DNA from: Candidatus Omnitrophota bacterium
Lineage (GTDB): Bacteria > Omnitrophota > Gorgyraeia > 2-02-FULL-51-18 > JAGOUK01
DNA length: 31,800 nt
NCBI GenBank assembly: GCA_018061225.1
Contig: JAGOUK010000001.1
Coordinates: forward strand, 1 to 31,800
Direction: 5' to 3'
Both the position numbers and the translations under genes were made by a program. Numbering within the stretch: the stretch's first letter is position 1; every line of letters starts with the position of its first letter. This document shows positions 8,925 to 16,838 of the stretch, piece after piece. Below the pieces are notes generated by a model, which worked only from the letters and a program-made list of their open reading frames with translations, had not been told where the DNA came from and did not search any database.

Positions 8925-9761
8925 CTAGGCTTTGCGTTCAAATAAAAAATCCGCAAACGCCTGCAATTCCCCGCTTAAGGGGCCCAAAGGGCGCACGGCT
9001 GACTTGGCTCGATCACGGACTTTGGCAGCCAAATCATAGGTTTTGGTCGCGCCGATCAGCGGCACGTACCCGTCGCCGTCTATGATATCATCCACCAGCT
9101 GAAATAAGAAACCCACTTCCTGTCCATACTGACGGAGGCGGCGGACTGCTCCGCTGGCCGCTCCAGCCCAAAGAGCCCCCGCCTCACAAGAAGCCGTGAT
9201 AAGACAGCCCGTCTTAAGGGCATTGATGCGTGAGAGTTCGGCCAATTTGACCCGCTTCTTCTGATGCTTCAAATCAGCCGCCTGGCCTCCAACCATTCCA
9301 AAGGCCCCAGCCGCTCGGCTCACCACACTGATCACCTGACGCCTCCGGGGTTCTGAGACCTCTCGCGCCTCGGCCAACACCGTGAACGCGTGCGTCAGCA
9401 GTGCATCGCCCGCCAGGATCGCGGTCGCTTCATCAAATTGCTTATGGCAGGTCTTCCGCCCCCGTCTAAAGTCATCATCATCCATGGCCGGCAGATCATC
9501 ATGGACCAGTGAATAGGCATGGATCATCTCGACCGCGGCCGCCAACGGCATAACCTTGGCCGCGCTCCCGCCGCAAAGCCGGGCGGATTCGAGCACGAGA
9601 TACGGCCTCACGCGCTTACCGCCGGAAAAAATAGAGTACCGCATGGCTTCCGCCAAATGCGCCGGATAAAATTTGCCGCGGGGCAAAAGCCGTTCCAGCG
9701 CGCGGTCAACGGACCGGGCGCTCTGCTTCAACCGCCCGGGGATTTTGGCTGAGGAACTCAA
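8925..9761 (-). CDS. ispA: Polyprenyl (farnesyl/geranylgeranyl) diphosphate synthase
   Basis: GGKRVRP, FARM HDDLPAMDDDDFRRG, GGQ, KTG, SARM FQLVDDIID; xseB-ispA-dxs context. The start (TTG 9761) is approximate. Confidence 0.9.
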   Translation of the reverse strand: MSSSAKIPGRLKQSARSVDRALERLLPRGKFYPAHLAEAMRYSIFSGGKRVRPYLVLESARLCGGSAAKVMPLAAAVEMIHAYSLVHDDLPAMDDDDFRRGRKTCHKQFDEATAILAGDALLTHAFTVLAEAREVSEPRRRQVISVVSRAAGAFGMVGGQAADLKHQKKRVKLAELSRINALKTGCLITASCEAGALWAGAASGAVRRLRQYGQEVGFLFQLVDDIIDGDGYVPLIGATKTYDLAAKVRDRAKSAVRPLGPLSGELQAFADFLFERKA

Positions 9762-9765
9762 ATGG

Positions 9766-10023
9766 CTACTTCTTGTTCTTCTTGGGCTTAAGCTCTTCGT
9801 CGGCAGGAACCGCCGCGAGGTCACCCGAACTCGTGCGCAGCAGAACATCGATGCGCTTCTGCGCTTCGTCCAGCCGCTTCGAACAGCTCTGCGAAAGTTT
9901 CACGCCTTCCTCGTACAGCTTCAGCGATTCATCGAGGGTGAGATCACCGCTTTCCATCCGGCCGACGATATCTTCCAGCCGCTTGAGCTGATCTTCAAAC
10001 TTCACTTCTTTACCCTGCGTCAT
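9766..10023 (-). CDS. xseB: Exodeoxyribonuclease VII small subunit
   Basis: FEDQLKRLEDIVGRMESGDLTLDESLKLYEEGVKL; AAGGAG SD before ATG 10023. Confidence 0.95.
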   Translation of the reverse strand: MTQGKEVKFEDQLKRLEDIVGRMESGDLTLDESLKLYEEGVKLSQSCSKRLDEAQKRIDVLLRTSSGDLAAVPADEELKPKKNKK

Positions 10024-11263
10024 GTTGATCTCCTTGTAAAAAAATCCTTTCGCCGTCAGCGACACGGATCCGAACCTGTTTCGCGCGGTCGAGCTGGCGC
10101 GTGGATTTTATAATGCTCCCTGCCGCTCCGTCAAACACGATGCTGTAGCCGCGCTCCAGGCATTTTTGCGGACTGAGCGCCTCGAGTTTGCCCAGGGCAA
10201 ATCGCGCCTCCTTCTGCAGGTCGGCAACACGCCTCCGCGCGGCGACTCCGAGCCTCTCGGTCAGCGAATCCGTCTCCTGCGCCAAATCCTCGGTGATCGT
10301 CTGCGGCTTCAAAAAAAACCGGGACGCTTGCAATGATCGGAGCCGTTCACGGACAGACTCGACATCGCGCCGAAGTATCCCAGCCAAACGCGCGCCGGTG
10401 TCGCGCAGCGTTTCTTCCAGGTCTTCCAGCTGAGGCAGAAGAATCTCAGCCGCGGCTGAAGGCGTCGGCGCCCGCCGGTCCGCGACAAAATCTGCGATCG
10501 TGTAATCGACCTCGTGTCCGACAGCCGACACCACAGGAATCACCGAACCCGCGATGGCCCTGGCCACTGCCTCGTCGTTAAAAGCCCAGAGGTCTTCAAG
10601 ACTCCCGCCGCCGCGCGCCACCACCAGAACATCCGCTTCGCCAAATTCGTTCATGTCCGCGATCGCGCGGACGATCTCTCCCGGAGCCTGCGGACCCTGC
10701 ACCTGAACCGGCGCCAGTAAGATGCGGACCTTGGAGAACCGCCGCTCCCACACATGCATCATGTCCCGGATGACCGCGCCCGTGGGCGAAGTGATCACGC
10801 CGATGGTCAGGGGCAAAAACGGCAGCGGCCGCTTCCTCCCCTCATCAAACAGCCCCTCCTTGAGGAGCTTGGCTTTCAATTGTTCAAACGCCAGCTGCAG
10901 CGCGCCCAAACCCTTGGGCTCCATCGCGTCCACGACCAGCTGATACGTTCCGCGGGGAACATAAATACTCACGCGGCCATGCAGCAGGACTTTGACGCCC
11001 GGCTCCGGCTTGAACCGCAGCTTCATGTTCTCGCGCTTGAACATCACGCAAGAAAGATTGCCGTCGGCGTCTTTCAAACTAAAGTACATGTGCCCCGAGG
11101 AGTGGTGCGTGTAGTCCGAGATTTCGCCTTCGACCCACACCGAACTAAACAGATCTTCGAGCGTAAAACGCACCAACCGCGTGAGCTGCGAAACGGTGTA
11201 GACTTTGCGGCCGCCCGCTTCCGTTCCTTCAGAGACTCCTTCGATCTGAATCTCTTCGTTCAC
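10010..11263 (-). CDS. xseA: Exodeoxyribonuclease VII large subunit
   Basis: VWVEGEIS, SGHMYFSLKD, IGVITSPTGAVIRD, RGGGSLEDLWAFNDE, SAVGHEVD, APTPSAAAE. Confidence 0.97.
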   Translation of the reverse strand: MNEEIQIEGVSEGTEAGGRKVYTVSQLTRLVRFTLEDLFSSVWVEGEISDYTHHSSGHMYFSLKDADGNLSCVMFKRENMKLRFKPEPGVKVLLHGRVSIYVPRGTYQLVVDAMEPKGLGALQLAFEQLKAKLLKEGLFDEGRKRPLPFLPLTIGVITSPTGAVIRDMMHVWERRFSKVRILLAPVQVQGPQAPGEIVRAIADMNEFGEADVLVVARGGGSLEDLWAFNDEAVARAIAGSVIPVVSAVGHEVDYTIADFVADRRAPTPSAAAEILLPQLEDLEETLRDTGARLAGILRRDVESVRERLRSLQASRFFLKPQTITEDLAQETDSLTERLGVAARRRVADLQKEARFALGKLEALSPQKCLERGYSIVFDGAAGSIIKSTRQLDRAKQVRIRVADGERIFLQGDQHDAG

Positions 11264-12850
11264 TTACCGTTCCCTCGCCGCCCGCGCAAATTCGATCGCC
11301 CGTGTTTCGCGCACCACCGTCACGCGGATCTGACCCGGAAAATTCCCCTGATCCCTCACGGCCTTGGTGATCTCGCGGGCCAATGCCGGCATCGCCGCGT
11401 CGGCGACCTCATTCGGATTCACCAGCACACGCAGCTCGCGGCCGGCCTGGATCGCGAAGACACTTTCGACGCCGGGAATGGAGCGGGCGATTTTTTCCAA
11501 CTTTTCCATGCGGTGCAAATGCTGTTCGATGGTCTCGCGCCGAGCTCCCGGCCGTGATGCCGAAATAGAGTCTGCCGCTTGCAGCAAAATCGGCCAGACG
11601 GATTTGGGCGAAATATCTTCATGATGAGCTTCGATCGCGTGGATCACGTCTTCGGGCTCACCGTACTTGCGGGCGAGCTCGCCGCCGATCAGCGCGTGCG
11701 GTCCTTCCACGTCATGCGACACGGTCTTGCCGATATCATGCAACAGTCCCGCGCGCCGGGCGGTGAGCGCGTCCAGCCCCAGCTGACCCGCAAAAACATT
11801 CATGATGTCCGCGACTTCCTTCGCGTGGGACAGGGAGTTCTGTCCATAGCTCGTGCGGTACTTGAGCTTTCCGACCATCATCACCAGATCCGGGTGCATG
11901 TCGCTCACGCCAATCTCAAGCGCGGCCGCGGCGCCTTCGGCTTGAATGGTCTTATCAAGTTCCTGACGGGTTTTGCCGACCGTCTCTTCTATACTTGAGG
12001 GGTGAATGCGCCCATCTTCAATAAGGCGCTCCAAAGCGAGCCTGGCCACCTCACGGCGCACGGGATCAAAGGAAGAAAGCACCACCGCGCCGGGCGTCTC
12101 GTCGATCACGACATCAACGCCGGTCGCCTGTTCAAAGGTTCTAATATTGCGGCCTTCTTTGCCGATGATGCGCCCCTTCATCTCCTCGCCCGGCAGATGC
12201 ACCACGCTGACCGTCTGCTCGATCGACAGTTCCGCCGCGCAGCGCTGAATCGCCTGCGCGACGATATTCTTGGCCTTCTTGTCGGCCATTTCGCGCGCTT
12301 CTTCTTCAACGGTCTTGATCATGCGGCTGGCTTCAACGCGCACTTCTGTTTCCATGCGGCGCAGGAGCTGCCGCTTGGCATCCTCGCTCCCAAGGCCGGA
12401 GAGATCCTGCAGCCGCGCCTGTTCTTCCTGAATCATCTGCTCAAGCTCGTTTTTGCGCTTTTCCATTTGCGCTTCCAGGGTCTTCGCGCGCTCTTGAGTC
12501 TTTTCGGCCTCCCGCTCTTTCGCTCTGGCCTCGTCCATTTCCTTCTGCGCGGCACGCTCGCGTTCGCCTGACCGCACAATGGCCTCTTCCATCTCACGCC
12601 GGCGTGTTTCCTGCGTCTCGTCAAACTCGTGCTTGAGCCTCAGGAGATAGCGCTCGCCTTCCTTTTGAAGCTCGGCCCTGCGGCGGTCCGCGTCACGCTC
12701 GGACGCGGTGCGGATCTCCTCGGCGCGCGTCTCCGCCGCCCGGATTTTTTGCTCGCCGATATGCAGTCGGACCCAATATCCGAGCGCCGCGAACACGCTG
12801 CCGAACACGAGGCTCAGGAGAACAAAAGAAACCAGGCTTGCGGTGCTCAT
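11264..12850 (-). CDS. rny: Ribonuclease Y
   Basis: N-terminal TM, coiled coil, KH domain (MKGRIIGKEGRNIR), HD domain (GLLHDIGK; ADSISASRPGAR). Confidence 0.97.
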   Translation of the reverse strand: MSTASLVSFVLLSLVFGSVFAALGYWVRLHIGEQKIRAAETRAEEIRTASERDADRRRAELQKEGERYLLRLKHEFDETQETRRREMEEAIVRSGERERAAQKEMDEARAKEREAEKTQERAKTLEAQMEKRKNELEQMIQEEQARLQDLSGLGSEDAKRQLLRRMETEVRVEASRMIKTVEEEAREMADKKAKNIVAQAIQRCAAELSIEQTVSVVHLPGEEMKGRIIGKEGRNIRTFEQATGVDVVIDETPGAVVLSSFDPVRREVARLALERLIEDGRIHPSSIEETVGKTRQELDKTIQAEGAAAALEIGVSDMHPDLVMMVGKLKYRTSYGQNSLSHAKEVADIMNVFAGQLGLDALTARRAGLLHDIGKTVSHDVEGPHALIGGELARKYGEPEDVIHAIEAHHEDISPKSVWPILLQAADSISASRPGARRETIEQHLHRMEKLEKIARSIPGVESVFAIQAGRELRVLVNPNEVADAAMPALAREITKAVRDQGNFPGQIRVTVVRETRAIEFARAARER

Positions 12851-12934
12851 TTTTTAAGATACTCCATTCATGGGACCCCCTTCCAAACTGCCGGAGATCC
12901 CGATTTAATTAACAGGCTGCCAACCCCTCTTCCC

Positions 12935-13041
12935 GCAGTCTGCTCAAAAAGCCGCAGATGCAAGACGCGAAGGTGCGCCGCGTGGTACTGCCACGTTAGC
13001 GCCTGAGCAACGCAGCAGATGCGGCTTTTTCAGCAGACTGC
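12935..13041 (+). repeat. Palindromic intergenic element, copy A (107 nt)
   Basis: Terminal inverted repeat GCAGTCTGCTCAAAAAGCCGCA (12935-12956) / TGCGGCTTTTTCAGCAGACTGC (13020-13041), 21/22 complementary; internal hairpin CGTGG-TACTG-CCACG; core motifs shared with 29428..29535. Confidence 0.85.
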
Positions 13042-13610
13042 TACGCGGAAAGAACTCGTGTCACTTTTTGATCATGCGCTTCGCGGGGCACTCGGTCCAC
13101 GCACTGAAAAGCAAATGCCAAGGCAATCCGCGATGCCCGCGGATTCAACGCGGCTATAAACCGGTCGTAATATCCTTTGCCGCGGCCGAGCCTAAAGCCC
13201 TCGTGGTCAAATGCCAGGCCCGGCACAATCACGCAGTCCACCTCAGCCGGCCGCACCAAATTCGTTACGGCCGGATCCGGCTCCAGGATGCCGAACGAGC
13301 CCGCCGCAAAGGATCCGTCCCAACGCTTTAGCTCACGCGCCTCGATCACGCCCGCCCCCGGCACAACCCGCGGTACGCAAACACGGCGGCCTGTTTCCAG
13401 GCAACGGTGGATCATTGTCCGCGTATCCGGCTCTTCCGGCATCGAGACATAACAAAAAATCGTCTTCGCCTCCAAAAAATCCGCGTCCTTCCACAAGAGC
13501 TCCCGCATCCTCGCCGATGCCGCTTCCCGGTCCATCGAAGTCATCTCCGCCAGCTGCCGCGTCATCTGAGCGCGAAGGGCTGCTTTTTTCTCTATCAAGG
13601 TGGTCTTCAT
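13041..13610 (-). CDS. ygfA: 5-formyltetrahydrofolate cyclo-ligase
   Basis: EKKAALRAQM N-terminus, EPDT, IVPGLAFDHEGFRLGRGKGYYDR, VPREAHD; start moved to ATG 13610. Confidence 0.95.
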   Translation of the reverse strand: MKTTLIEKKAALRAQMTRQLAEMTSMDREAASARMRELLWKDADFLEAKTIFCYVSMPEEPDTRTMIHRCLETGRRVCVPRVVPGAGVIEARELKRWDGSFAAGSFGILEPDPAVTNLVRPAEVDCVIVPGLAFDHEGFRLGRGKGYYDRFIAALNPRASRIALAFAFQCVDRVPREAHDQKVTRVLSA

Positions 13611-13641
13611 AAGTTCACGCGGATCCGGCGCGGACCGCGCC

Positions 13642-14106
13642 TTAAATATTAAAGTGAATGGGCAGCGATCCGGCGGCGGCTGGCTCGGCGCGGGCAGCCA
13701 GAATGATTTCTTCGAGCGACACGCGGTCCAGCGCCGCCTCAAAAGCATCTGATAATTTTCGCCAAAATAACTCGGCCGCGGCCTGCGGAACCAACCGCGA
13801 CCGCTTGAGCGCGGCCGCCTTAGTCTCGGGCGCCTGCCGGATCAACGTATCCTCGCCCAGGGCTTTGAGCAGCGACCCGACCTTGATTTCGGAGGGCTTT
13901 GACGTGAGCACATACCCTCCGCGCGGGCCTCGGACACTTTTGACCCAACCTTCGCGTTTGATCCGAGAGAGGATCTGCTCAAGATACGCGGCGGATATTT
14001 TTTCTTCGCTGGAGATCTGCGAGACGGACACGGCGCCTTCACCGTAGCGTTCGGCCAGATACAGCATGGCTTTAAGCCCGTAAGTCGCGCGCGTGCTAAA
14101 TTTCAT
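13642..14106 (-). CDS. Rrf2-family transcriptional regulator, cysteine-free (CymR-like)
   Basis: MKFSTRATYGLKAMLYLA, YLEQILSRIKREGWVKSVRGPRGGY; no Cys in the protein; C-terminus HFNI. Confidence 0.92.
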   Translation of the reverse strand: MKFSTRATYGLKAMLYLAERYGEGAVSVSQISSEEKISAAYLEQILSRIKREGWVKSVRGPRGGYVLTSKPSEIKVGSLLKALGEDTLIRQAPETKAAALKRSRLVPQAAAELFWRKLSDAFEAALDRVSLEEIILAARAEPAAAGSLPIHFNI

Positions 14107-14123
14107 CGGGGGTCATTTTCATG

Positions 14124-14561
14124 CTAAGAGCATCTCCTGCAAAGACCGAAGAGCTTATGGGAATGACTGATGATTATAAAGCCCTGCTTGCGGGCTTCCG
14201 CTTCTTGTATCTTTTCGATCTCAGCGTTTTCGAACTCTAAGATCGTTTTGCATTTTACGCAGACCAGATGATCGTGATGCTGCTTGCCGAGCATCGGCTC
14301 ATACGACATATGCCCGTCGCCAAAGTCCTGTTCTTCCAAAATTTTTGATTGCGTCAAAAGGGACAAGGTTCGGTACAACGTCGCCTTAGAAATCGTCCGA
14401 TCGCGCTTTTTGACCAGCGCGAGCAATTCCTCCGCTCCAAAGTGGCGCTTGGCCCCGAAGGCTTCCAGCAGTATGGTCCGCCGCTGTGAGGTGTATTTAA
14501 GGTCGTTCTCTGATAGGAAAGTTTCGAATTTTTTTTCGGCGGCCGTGAGATATTGGCTCAT
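14124..14561 (-). CDS. fur: Fur-family transcriptional regulator
   Basis: TSQRRTIL, ISKATLYRTL, HHDHLVCVKC, C-terminal CRRC. The metal specificity (Fur/Zur/PerR) cannot be assigned. Confidence 0.9.
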   Translation of the reverse strand: MSQYLTAAEKKFETFLSENDLKYTSQRRTILLEAFGAKRHFGAEELLALVKKRDRTISKATLYRTLSLLTQSKILEEQDFGDGHMSYEPMLGKQHHDHLVCVKCKTILEFENAEIEKIQEAEARKQGFIIISHSHKLFGLCRRCS

Positions 14562-14567
14562 CGTGCT

Positions 14568-14771
14568 CTACCGGCTGGAGCGGATTTTAATGATGTAGAG
14601 CTCATCTTTAATGCTCTTAAGCTCCGCGAGAATGGTCTGCTGACCCTGGATAAGTTTTGCGATTTCTTTTTTAAGCGATGAGAGGTCCGTTTCTTGGGAG
14701 AAGGCGTTGGTCGTCAGGCCCGCAGCCGCAATGAACAGACCCGCGAGCAAAACCCATGCCGCGCGCTTCAA
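14568..14771 (-). CDS. Small secreted coiled-coil protein, unknown function
   Basis: Signal peptide MKRAAWVLLAGLFIAAAGLTTNAFS, then a heptad-like helix; TTG start overlaps the upstream stop by 4 nt. Confidence 0.7.
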   Translation of the reverse strand: MKRAAWVLLAGLFIAAAGLTTNAFSQETDLSSLKKEIAKLIQGQQTILAELKSIKDELYIIKIRSSR

Positions 14772-15001
14772 GCGATCCCCCCGGATCCCGGAGTCTGTTT
14801 AGAAACGGAAAGATTCCGGATCAGTCCGCGGACCAGCAGCAAAAGGGTCTTCACGAAAAAAAATGTAAAAAGCGCCAGCGCGATGCCGTACGGCCAGGAG
14901 GGCAGCGGGATCAGGTTGGCCGCGAAATACCGCTCCACCGCTCCCGGAATCCATATCGCCGAGGCAGCCGCGGCCGCCGCTTCGAATGCCGCCGCTCTCA
15001 T
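14768..15001 (-). CDS. Small membrane protein, unknown function
   Basis: Fills the gap exactly: ATG abuts the NIL stop and the stop overlaps the next start; hydrophobic segment WPYGIALALFTFFFVKTLLLLV. Confidence 0.5.
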   Translation of the reverse strand: MRAAAFEAAAAAASAIWIPGAVERYFAANLIPLPSWPYGIALALFTFFFVKTLLLLVRGLIRNLSVSKQTPGSGGIA

Positions 15002-15241
15002 TTAGATCACCGTCCGCCCGTCAGCGGGTTCCACCTTCACGCCGCGGGATTCCAAAAATTTAATCCCCGCGGCAAGGTCGGCTTGAGCGCCCTCGAGCTC
15101 GAGCGTCATTTCGCCGACGGTCTCAGTGACACGTGCGCGTCGGATATTGGGCATGATATTAAACTGCTTGGCCATCGTAAATACGACCGGCTCTTGCACT
15201 TTGTCGGAAGGAAACGTCAGTGTCACACGTTGCGTTGCCAT
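15002..15241 (-). CDS. Stand-alone NIL-domain protein
   Basis: VTLTFPSDKVQEPVVFTMAKQFNIMPNIRRARV...GEMTLELEG...GVKVE fits the NIL (MetN C-terminal, ACT-like) pattern; GGAGG 7 nt before ATG 15241. Confidence 0.85.
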   Translation of the reverse strand: MATQRVTLTFPSDKVQEPVVFTMAKQFNIMPNIRRARVTETVGEMTLELEGAQADLAAGIKFLESRGVKVEPADGRTVI

Positions 15242-15260
15242 GTTCATTCCTCCGTTAAAG

Positions 15261-15542
15261 TTACCGGGCTCCGCCCGCGATTGCGGGAATAATAGACACT
15301 TCGTCGCCGTCCTTGAGCGCCGTCTCGGCGCCGCTCAGGAAGCGGATATCTTCTTCATTCACATAAACGTTCACAAAGCGCCGCAGCTTGCCGTCCGCGT
15401 CGCAAAGTCTGTCCTTGATCCCCGGAAACTTCGATTCCAGGTCCTTCAAGATGTCGTTGACGTTCGCGCCGTCGGCGGCGACCTCCGCCTGATTGGCGGT
15501 TAATTTTTGAAGCGGGGTCGGGATACGGACTTTGACTGCCAT
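15261..15542 (-). CDS. MoaD/ThiS/CysO-family ubiquitin-like sulfur carrier with masked C-terminus (GG-AR)
   Basis: [13 protein letters not shown]...[16 protein letters not shown]...[14 protein letters not shown], followed by AR and stop. Confidence 0.93.
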   Translation of the reverse strand: MAVKVRIPTPLQKLTANQAEVAADGANVNDILKDLESKFPGIKDRLCDADGKLRRFVNVYVNEEDIRFLSGAETALKDGDEVSIIPAIAGGAR

Positions 15543-15544
15543 GA

Positions 15545-16798
15545 TTACCTCTGAGCGTTTGCTTTGGGTTGATGTTTTTCGTAAGCTTCGACGAACGAAT
15601 CAAAATTAGGTTTCACCAGCCAGGGCTTTTCGAGATGGTCCGTGATCGCTTCCTGGGTCTTGAGCCCGTTTCCGGTGATACAGATCACGATCGGTTCATT
15701 TTTCGGGATCACGCCGTTTTCGATCAGCTTCTTGGCGCAGGCCAGCGTAACGCCGCCCGCCGTCTCGGTGAAGATACCTTCCGTGCTGGCAAGCAGCTTG
15801 ATCGCGTCGACGATCTCCTGATCCGTCGCGTGCTCAGCCGCGCCGCCCGAGGACTTCACCGCGTCAAAGGCGTACACACCGTCGGCGGGATTGCCGATCG
15901 CAAGCGACTTGGCGATGGTGTTGGGCTTCACGGGCTTGATGATATCAACATTGCTCTTGATCGCCGTCGCGATCGGACCGCAGCCTTCGGCTTGCGCGCA
16001 ATAGATCCTGGAATCCACCTTGTCGATAATGCCGAGCTTGGCCAATTCGTGGAAAGCCTTCCAAATCTTCGTGAGCAGCGAGCCTGACGCGGCCGGGACG
16101 ACAACATGCTTCGGCGTCTTCCACCCGAGCTGCTCGACGATCTCATAGCCCATGGTCTTCGAACCTTCGGCATAGTAAGGCCGGATGTTGATATTCACGA
16201 AGGCCCACTTGTATTTGTTGGCCACTTCGGAGCAAAGGCGGTTCACTTCGTCGTAATTGCCCTCGACGGCGACAAGATTAGGGTTGAACGCGAGCGCGCC
16301 AACCACTTTGCCGATCTCGAGATTTGAGGGAATAAAAATATAGCGCTTAAGACCCGCGAACGCCGCGTTGGCCGCGACCGATCCGGCGAGATTGCCGGTG
16401 GACGCGCAGGCCACGGTGTCAAAGCCCAGTTCTTTGGCGCGCGTGAGAGCTACTGAAACGACACGGTCCTTAAAGGAGAGGGTTGGATGACAAACGGAGT
16501 CGTCCTTGATGTACAACTCGCTGACGCCCAGCGCCTTGGCCAGGTTCGAGCAGCGAAACAGCGGTGTGAAGCCCGCATGAAAACCCACGGTCGGCTCGCC
16601 GTCGATGGGCAGCAGCTCCCGATACCGCCACAGCGATTCGGGGCGGCTTTGGATTTTTTCGCGCGAAATATCCTTCTTGATGCGGTCGTAGTCGTAATCG
16701 ACTTCGAGCGATCCAAAGCAATATTCGCAGACATAAATCGCCTCAGCCGGATACAGCCGATGACACTCGCGACACTTAAGACCTTTGATATAACTCAT
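15545..16798 (-). CDS. Threonine-synthase-like fold-type-II PLP enzyme (sulfur-carrier-associated; true activity uncertain)
   Basis: N-terminal CxxC...Cxx[12 protein letters not shown] lysine, CASTGN, ITGNGLK; start at ATG 16798. Confidence 0.88.
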   Translation of the reverse strand: MSYIKGLKCRECHRLYPAEAIYVCEYCFGSLEVDYDYDRIKKDISREKIQSRPESLWRYRELLPIDGEPTVGFHAGFTPLFRCSNLAKALGVSELYIKDDSVCHPTLSFKDRVVSVALTRAKELGFDTVACASTGNLAGSVAANAAFAGLKRYIFIPSNLEIGKVVGALAFNPNLVAVEGNYDEVNRLCSEVANKYKWAFVNINIRPYYAEGSKTMGYEIVEQLGWKTPKHVVVPAASGSLLTKIWKAFHELAKLGIIDKVDSRIYCAQAEGCGPIATAIKSNVDIIKPVKPNTIAKSLAIGNPADGVYAFDAVKSSGGAAEHATDQEIVDAIKLLASTEGIFTETAGGVTLACAKKLIENGVIPKNEPIVICITGNGLKTQEAITDHLEKPWLVKPNFDSFVEAYEKHQPKANAQR

Positions 16799-16809
16799 GA
16801 TTTGCCCCA

Positions 16810-16838
16810 ACTATAACAGACGTGTAAAAGGGTGTCAG
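16810..16838 (-). promoter_or_regulatory. Internal sigma70-type promoter upstream of the ThrC-like gene
   Basis: CTGACA (16838-16833, overlapping the cysK stop), 17 nt, TATAGT (16815-16810) with a TG extension. Confidence 0.55.

Noticed and set aside
12851-13041. Possible 6S RNA next to ygfA
   Set aside because: The hairpin is only 107 nt, lacks a 6S-type central bubble and matches the repeat family. A better 6S candidate is at 22808-22995.
14096-14122. 8-codon ORF (MKMTPDEI) overlapping the rrf2 start
   Set aside because: It could be a coupling device, but ORFs this short arise by chance and nothing else supports it.
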